Both the position numbers and the translations under genes were made by a program. From the NCBI GenBank assembly GCA_008632985.1, contig QPGO01000012.1:744001-808000 (forward strand): a stretch of DNA of 64,000 nt, read 5' to 3'. Origin of the DNA: Psammoneis japonica. Its lineage: Eukaryota. The notes under the pieces were generated by a model. That model was not told the origin of the DNA and did not search any database. It worked only from the letters and a program-made list of their open reading frames with translations. Below are positions 59,130 to 64,000 of this stretch, in pieces (within the stretch, counting starts at the first letter, position 1; each line of letters begins with the position of its first letter).

Positions 59130-60780
59130 TGTACTTCAACGTGGTTGTGGATGGACGGACGGATGGTTTAGCCAATCAAGCACGCAAGCAATGCACGCAA
59201 TCGCACATGCACTTTGTCTGCTGAGCACGTGGTGCAGGGAGGAAGGGAAGGGCACATCAGCCTTGGTGATGTGAACAGAGACTGACAACCTCAAAGCTGA
59301 GGGCATGAATGAGGCACTTGAGAAATGAGTGCACACCTTCCAGAGAGTTCAGAGTCAGCAGCCAGCTGGTCTGTTGATGCACTTCCCCCAGCAGCTCACT
59401 GGAGGTGGGGCCTCACAGCCTTGACTGTGGCACCATGACATCAAAGTGTTTTTGGTCATGTGCCATGTGTTGCACATGCACATTTGCTTCCGTGTGCTGT
59501 CTTCTGCAAATTTTCTTCGTGCTCCCTGTTTTTCATTTGTGCGAAGAGCCAGAAGCTCTCCATTTTGTTTGTGTTTGTGTGAGAAAAAAATGAAAGCTGG
59601 GTGTGTTCTTCAACGTCTGAAAAACATCCAGGCAAAACAAAAATGATGTGTTTCAAGTGTGAAGGATTTTGTGTGTTTGAAAAATTGCCTCTTTTTTGTT
59701 GGCAACCACTGGCGCTTTGTTTGCCGAACGATTTTTGTGCAGAGCTCGCGTGCAGAATTCTGCATGACAAGAAATGTGACACACAACCCCACCTGGGCTC
59801 TGGAGTGCATCTCCTGTCCCCCCTTTTGTGGTGCTCACACCTGCCCACTGCACATGTGATCTTCCCACAAGGTTCAGCAAGGGACTGTGTGTGGCCATTG
59901 GAGATGCAAAAACAGCAATCAAGCCCTGAGGAGTCATGCAGCAATCTGGATGACAACCTTGCAGCAAACACAAGTGCAATGTGCAATGTCATCATTTCTT
60001 TGACACACCTCAGACTCAGAAGGTTGCCCCACCACTCACTTGGAGAGGAGGTTGTTGACAAAGAGAGATGAGAGAACACCCAAACAGCTTTGTTGTGCAC
60101 AAGAAAAGGACATGAGCTGTCATTTCCAGATGAGTGTGGACATGGACATGAAGGCAAAGGAGAGGTTTGTGCAGAGAGATGCAGGAAACATCCCAAGCAG
60201 AAGCAGTGAGAGTGCAAAAGTGAGCTGTGTCCCGCTTGGCTTGCACCGGGCAGCGGGGGGATCATCTTCAACATCTGAGACACCCCCAACATGCCATTGA
60301 TGGGCTGAGACAGCTGCTGCAGTGGTGGATTGACAAGAGCTTTTTTCCTTGTGCTGTCAGTCTGAGGAAGGAAGATGGGCTGGAGCACACAAGCAAGAGA
60401 TGCTCTCCAGCCCCCCGGGCGGGAGGCTCTGTGTGACGTTGGCCCACAGAGTGTTGTGCACAAGCTCTGCAGTTTACACTCTGGCCAGCAGGTGCGCTTG
60501 TCTTCAACATTCAAATGAATGACCAAGTTTGGAGCACATTTGTGCCTCCAAACAGTTGCAGTTTTGGATGGTCCATCTACCTCGCACCATTTTGCAGACA
60601 TTGAAGAGCGGCTTTGTGTGAAAAAAATGTCAAAAGTTGTTGAGTGGATTGCCCAATGACTGTGCTGCAAAACGATGCAAAACTCCACCACCAAAGTCAT
60701 GCATGTGTGCAACATGTTCAATGTGGCACATTTCAACATCTCAAAATTTTGTGCTGATTTGGGATGTCGTAGGCACGACG
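59130..60780. mobile_element. Converted repeat relic containing two eroded copies of the GAC...GTC MITE family
   Basis: ~59377..59811 (+) resembles the ends of the 33262 MITE (GGTGGGGCCTC; GAGCTCGCGTGCAGAATTCTG; CCCACCTGGGCTCTGGAGTGCATC); ~60399..60780 (-) shares AAAAATGTCAAAAGTTGTTG. Confidence 0.6.
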
Positions 60781-60814
60781 TTTCAACGTTTGACAATGGA
60801 ACTTGGGCACATGT

Positions 60815-61122
60815 AAGACTGGCCAGATAGAAAGGCACACCCGGAGCTCGAAATAGCTCGTATGGTCAATTTTCAGGTATGGACACCGATCGAAAGCTCT
60901 CGTCGAGCGCTTTCCAGCCATGTGTGTGTTGTTTATCGAATCATATTTTCTAATGAATTGAGACCAGTAAAACATCTCAACGGAAATAATAATTAGTAAT
61001 AAAATATGTATGTACATGAGAAAAATAAATTGAACGGACGAATGTGTTCTGCGCGCTTTTTCTCAATAAATATTTTGGGAGCTCGCGAGCGCGCGGGTGT
61101 GCCTTTCTATCTGGCCAGTCTT
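60815..61122. mobile_element. MITE with perfect 29-bp TIRs and 4-bp TSD ATGT
   Basis: AAGACTGGCCAGATAGAAAGGCACACCCG at 60815..60843 and its exact reverse complement at 61094..61122; ATGT at 60811..60814 and 61123..61126. Confidence 0.9.
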
Positions 61123-61311
61123 ATGTGTGTTTCATCGGCTGAGTCGTGCGTCCGTCCTCGTCGTCGCGTCGCTGTATGTCGTGCGTTGACAGTGCCAAGT
61201 TCCAAAGTTGACATTTGACTCGCTGCGGTTGACACATAAAATACATTTTCACGCTTTGACTGTTGACAACTGCCAAAGAAGAGAACCGACGCTTTGTCTC
61301 CGTCCCCCCTC

Positions 61312-62280
61312 ATGCCTGGACTGACATTCCATTACAACCCTAGACCCGACACAAACCCACACAGACACCATGTGACAAGCTATGATTTTCGAAATGAAAC
61401 TGCTGTCCGAGAAGGAAACGAAATCTTGCAGCAGAACATCGATCCCACAGAACCGCACGAGGGAACCTTCAACGACCTCGCCGTCTACCAGAACTTACTT
61501 AACCGGCCTGGGTGCATACAGGTCGACTTGGCTGGCGTCACAATCACGAGAAACAATTACATTTTGGGACTCCAATCCGAATATCGTGTCACCATGGACG
61601 ATGGAAGACAATTTCGTGAGTCAGGGCCAAATCACAAGTATGAAAATGGACTATATGCACGTCAAGACCTTGGTCACGGCAACAGGATTGTACAGAGCCT
61701 ACAGCTATCAGAAGATGAATATTTGGTTGGCATGCAGGTAATGGAAGGAGAAATCCTCGATGGCATCCAATTCGTCACTAGCAGCGGTCGTCAAATTTAT
61801 ATTGGGGGATACGGAGGTGATATCAACGTTAATTACACATCAGACCGCCCGATTATTGCCTTAGCCGGGACATACAAAGGCGTTGTACACAGTATTGGAT
61901 ACTACACAACAAAGCCCGACGACGATTCCTGGCTCCGTGTGTGGTTTCGACGGCTTCTTGAACATGTCGAGACATGGATTCACAGCGACCAGCAACGTCC
62001 CGCCGAAGACCGTCACCAACAGAATGAAGATAATCGCTTAGAAGGACCAGAGCAGCGCCAACCGAGGAACGAGGACCTTCCAGACTCAACCACCGGAGAA
62101 GGGGGGCGCCAACTGTATAATGACATCTGCGTATGCTTTGAGCCAATTAGACAAGAAATGGATGGCATTGTAATATTTATTTGCGGCCACGCAATGCACA
62201 ACGCTTGTCACCAGGGACACATTGCGAACACTTTGGACCACGGAAACTACAAGTGCCCATGGTGTCGCCGAGATCTTTAA
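61312..62280 (+). CDS. Jacalin-like lectin domain plus C-terminal RING-H2-like zinc finger
   Basis: LSEDEYLVGMQV..LDGIQFVTSSGR..GGYGG..IIALAG..VVHSIGYY (jacalin-like); CVC..CGHAMHNAC..CPWCR (RING). Confidence 0.75.
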   Translation: MPGLTFHYNPRPDTNPHRHHVTSYDFRNETAVREGNEILQQNIDPTEPHEGTFNDLAVYQNLLNRPGCIQVDLAGVTITRNNYILGLQSEYRVTMDDGRQFRESGPNHKYENGLYARQDLGHGNRIVQSLQLSEDEYLVGMQVMEGEILDGIQFVTSSGRQIYIGGYGGDINVNYTSDRPIIALAGTYKGVVHSIGYYTTKPDDDSWLRVWFRRLLEHVETWIHSDQQRPAEDRHQQNEDNRLEGPEQRQPRNEDLPDSTTGEGGRQLYNDICVCFEPIRQEMDGIVIFICGHAMHNACHQGHIANTLDHGNYKCPWCRRDL

Positions 62281-62699
62281 ATTCACGACGGCAACGCAAC
62301 TACTTGACAAAACCACTGCCGCTCTGTAGTGGCTGTCTTTCTTAGTAGTACATGTGTCCTTTCCCACTCGGCGCCTGTTGATCGCGGCTCTCCAAGAACA
62401 ACATTGGCGTTTATTTCATATTAGAACTAGGTATTTGCACGACTACGGTAGGAGTTTAGATTTGAAAAGTTTGTCTATAGAGTGCAGGATTGGTGCAGGG
62501 CACTGATTGATAACCTTGCATGATTGAGATTCTGTTGAACGGCGTCCTTGTTAAATGAACGAAGGGGAAATTCCTTCTTCAGAAGCGACACCATAATGCG
62601 CTTCGTGCCCGACAACGCCCACAAGTGATGGGCAAAAGCAGAGCAGAGATTGTTTGCGGTATTTATCTAACGGACCTCCCAGGTTGGGAGATGGGCAGT

Positions 62700-64000
62700 T
62701 ACTGCTTCATGCACACCCCCATTCAAGGGAAGTCTTGCACATCGATTTTTTCACAGTCCGTCTTGTAGCTTGATTCCTCCACTAATTTATTGTGTGCAGG
62801 GTGTGGACATCATCATGAACAAAGTGCAAAATGATCTCAGATGCTGCTGGCATGCTGTGCTTGAAAAAAATGTGACACAAACTTTGAAAATTGTTTTGAC
62901 AGCTGGTTGACCATAAATGAAAAGCTTCAGAAAAATGGGAAAAGTTGTCCATGCATGTTTCACCTGGTGCTGGAGCAAAGCAGGTCTCTCCCATGCCATT
63001 GCCCTGTCATGTTGTGGGGTGTGTGATGCTGCAGCATGTGACAGCCTCAGATGCAGGTGCTGCACTGAAAAAGAGTGACTCAAATTTTTGACCTTCTTTT
63101 ACAATTGATGGATGGATGGTGAACGAAACTTCAGAAAATTTGAAAATTGCCCTGCACATGTTGTCTGGTGCTGGAACAAGTCTTGGGTGGCAGCAGATGC
63201 ATTCTAGCCCCAGTTGGGAGCTCACAGTGCTGATGTGTGACAGAACATTTTTTGATCATGCATCACACATGCAGCACATGCACATTTGTGTGTGTGCTCT
63301 TCTGCAAAATTGTCTCTCCACATCCCCTGCTTTCAATCTTGTGAAGCCAAAGACTTTTTATCACAGCCTTTGCAAGAACAAAAATGTGCCAGCTGTGCTC
63401 TTAAATGTCTGAAAAATGCAGCCACACAAACAAGAAATGATGCTGCACTTCAAGTGTGGGTGAGTTTGTGCACTTGTTCCCAAATTGCTTCTTTTTCTGT
63501 TGGCGATCATTGACATGATGCACTCATTGCCAAACAACTTTGCTGTGGAGCTTGCACACAGAATTNNNNNNNNNNNNNNNNNNNNNNNNNNNNNNNNNNN
63601 NNNNNNNNNNNNNNNNNNNNNNNNNNNNNNNNNNNNNNNNNNNNNNNNNNNNNNNNNNNNNNNNNNNNNNNNNNNNNNNNNNNNNNNNNNNNNNNNNNNN
63701 NNNNNNNNNNNNNNNNNNNNNNNNNNNNNNNNNNNNNNNNNNNNNNNNNNNNNNNNNNNNNNNNNNNNNNNNNNNNNNNNNNNNNNNNNNNNNNNNNNNN
63801 NNNNNNNNNNNNNNNCATCTCCTGCACACAAAAGTTTTCAGAGCATTGCTGGAGTTTGTGTGACTTCTGTCAGTGCAAAATTGGCATCTAGAGCTGCTCA
63901 AACAGTCAATTTAAAACCCACAGTCTGGATTTGCTCTGAAACACTGGCCTGTGTTGGCAACTCTGTTGGCGGGCCTGCTTGTTGCCTCCATTGCCAGAAG
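62700..64000. mobile_element. TpA/CpG-depleted repeat relic running off the window
   Basis: TG/CA-rich composition; no credible ORF. Confidence 0.5.
63566..63815. other. Assembly gap (250 N)
   Basis: Run of N. Confidence 1.

Noticed and set aside
63361..63901. ORFs spanning the N run
   Set aside because: Artefacts of the assembly gap

Overview
Eukaryotic nuclear DNA, most likely a pennate diatom (inferred from short GT-AG introns, a CoDi-type Ty1/copia element, helicase-associated-domain, TPR and RNI-like LRR genes, and diatom-type PIF/Harbinger-like transposases). About 11 host genes are interleaved with nested transposons: two LamG paralogs, an HA-domain protein, a hypothetical protein, an S8 protease, a bestrophin, an FSH1-RWD-OBG GTPase fusion, two divergent TPR paralogs, an LRR protein and a jacalin-RING protein. 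There is also a Fluc pseudogene. The main signal is a repeat-restricted hypermutation that converts TpA to TpG/CpA on both strands, the opposite direction to fungal RIP. It appears as systematic Tyr->Cys/His changes in conserved transposon motifs, as differences between the two LTRs of one copia insertion, as directional differences between MITE copies, and as near-total TpA loss inside TE bodies, while host genes, TE termini and young insertions keep TpA. CpG decay follows later in older relics. Other points: a GAC...GTC / 4-bp-TSD MITE family, probable half-tRNA-Asn priming of the copia element, TA-CNG-TA excision footprints, a perfect 56-bp palindrome and a 177-bp tandem array. All counts were made by eye.
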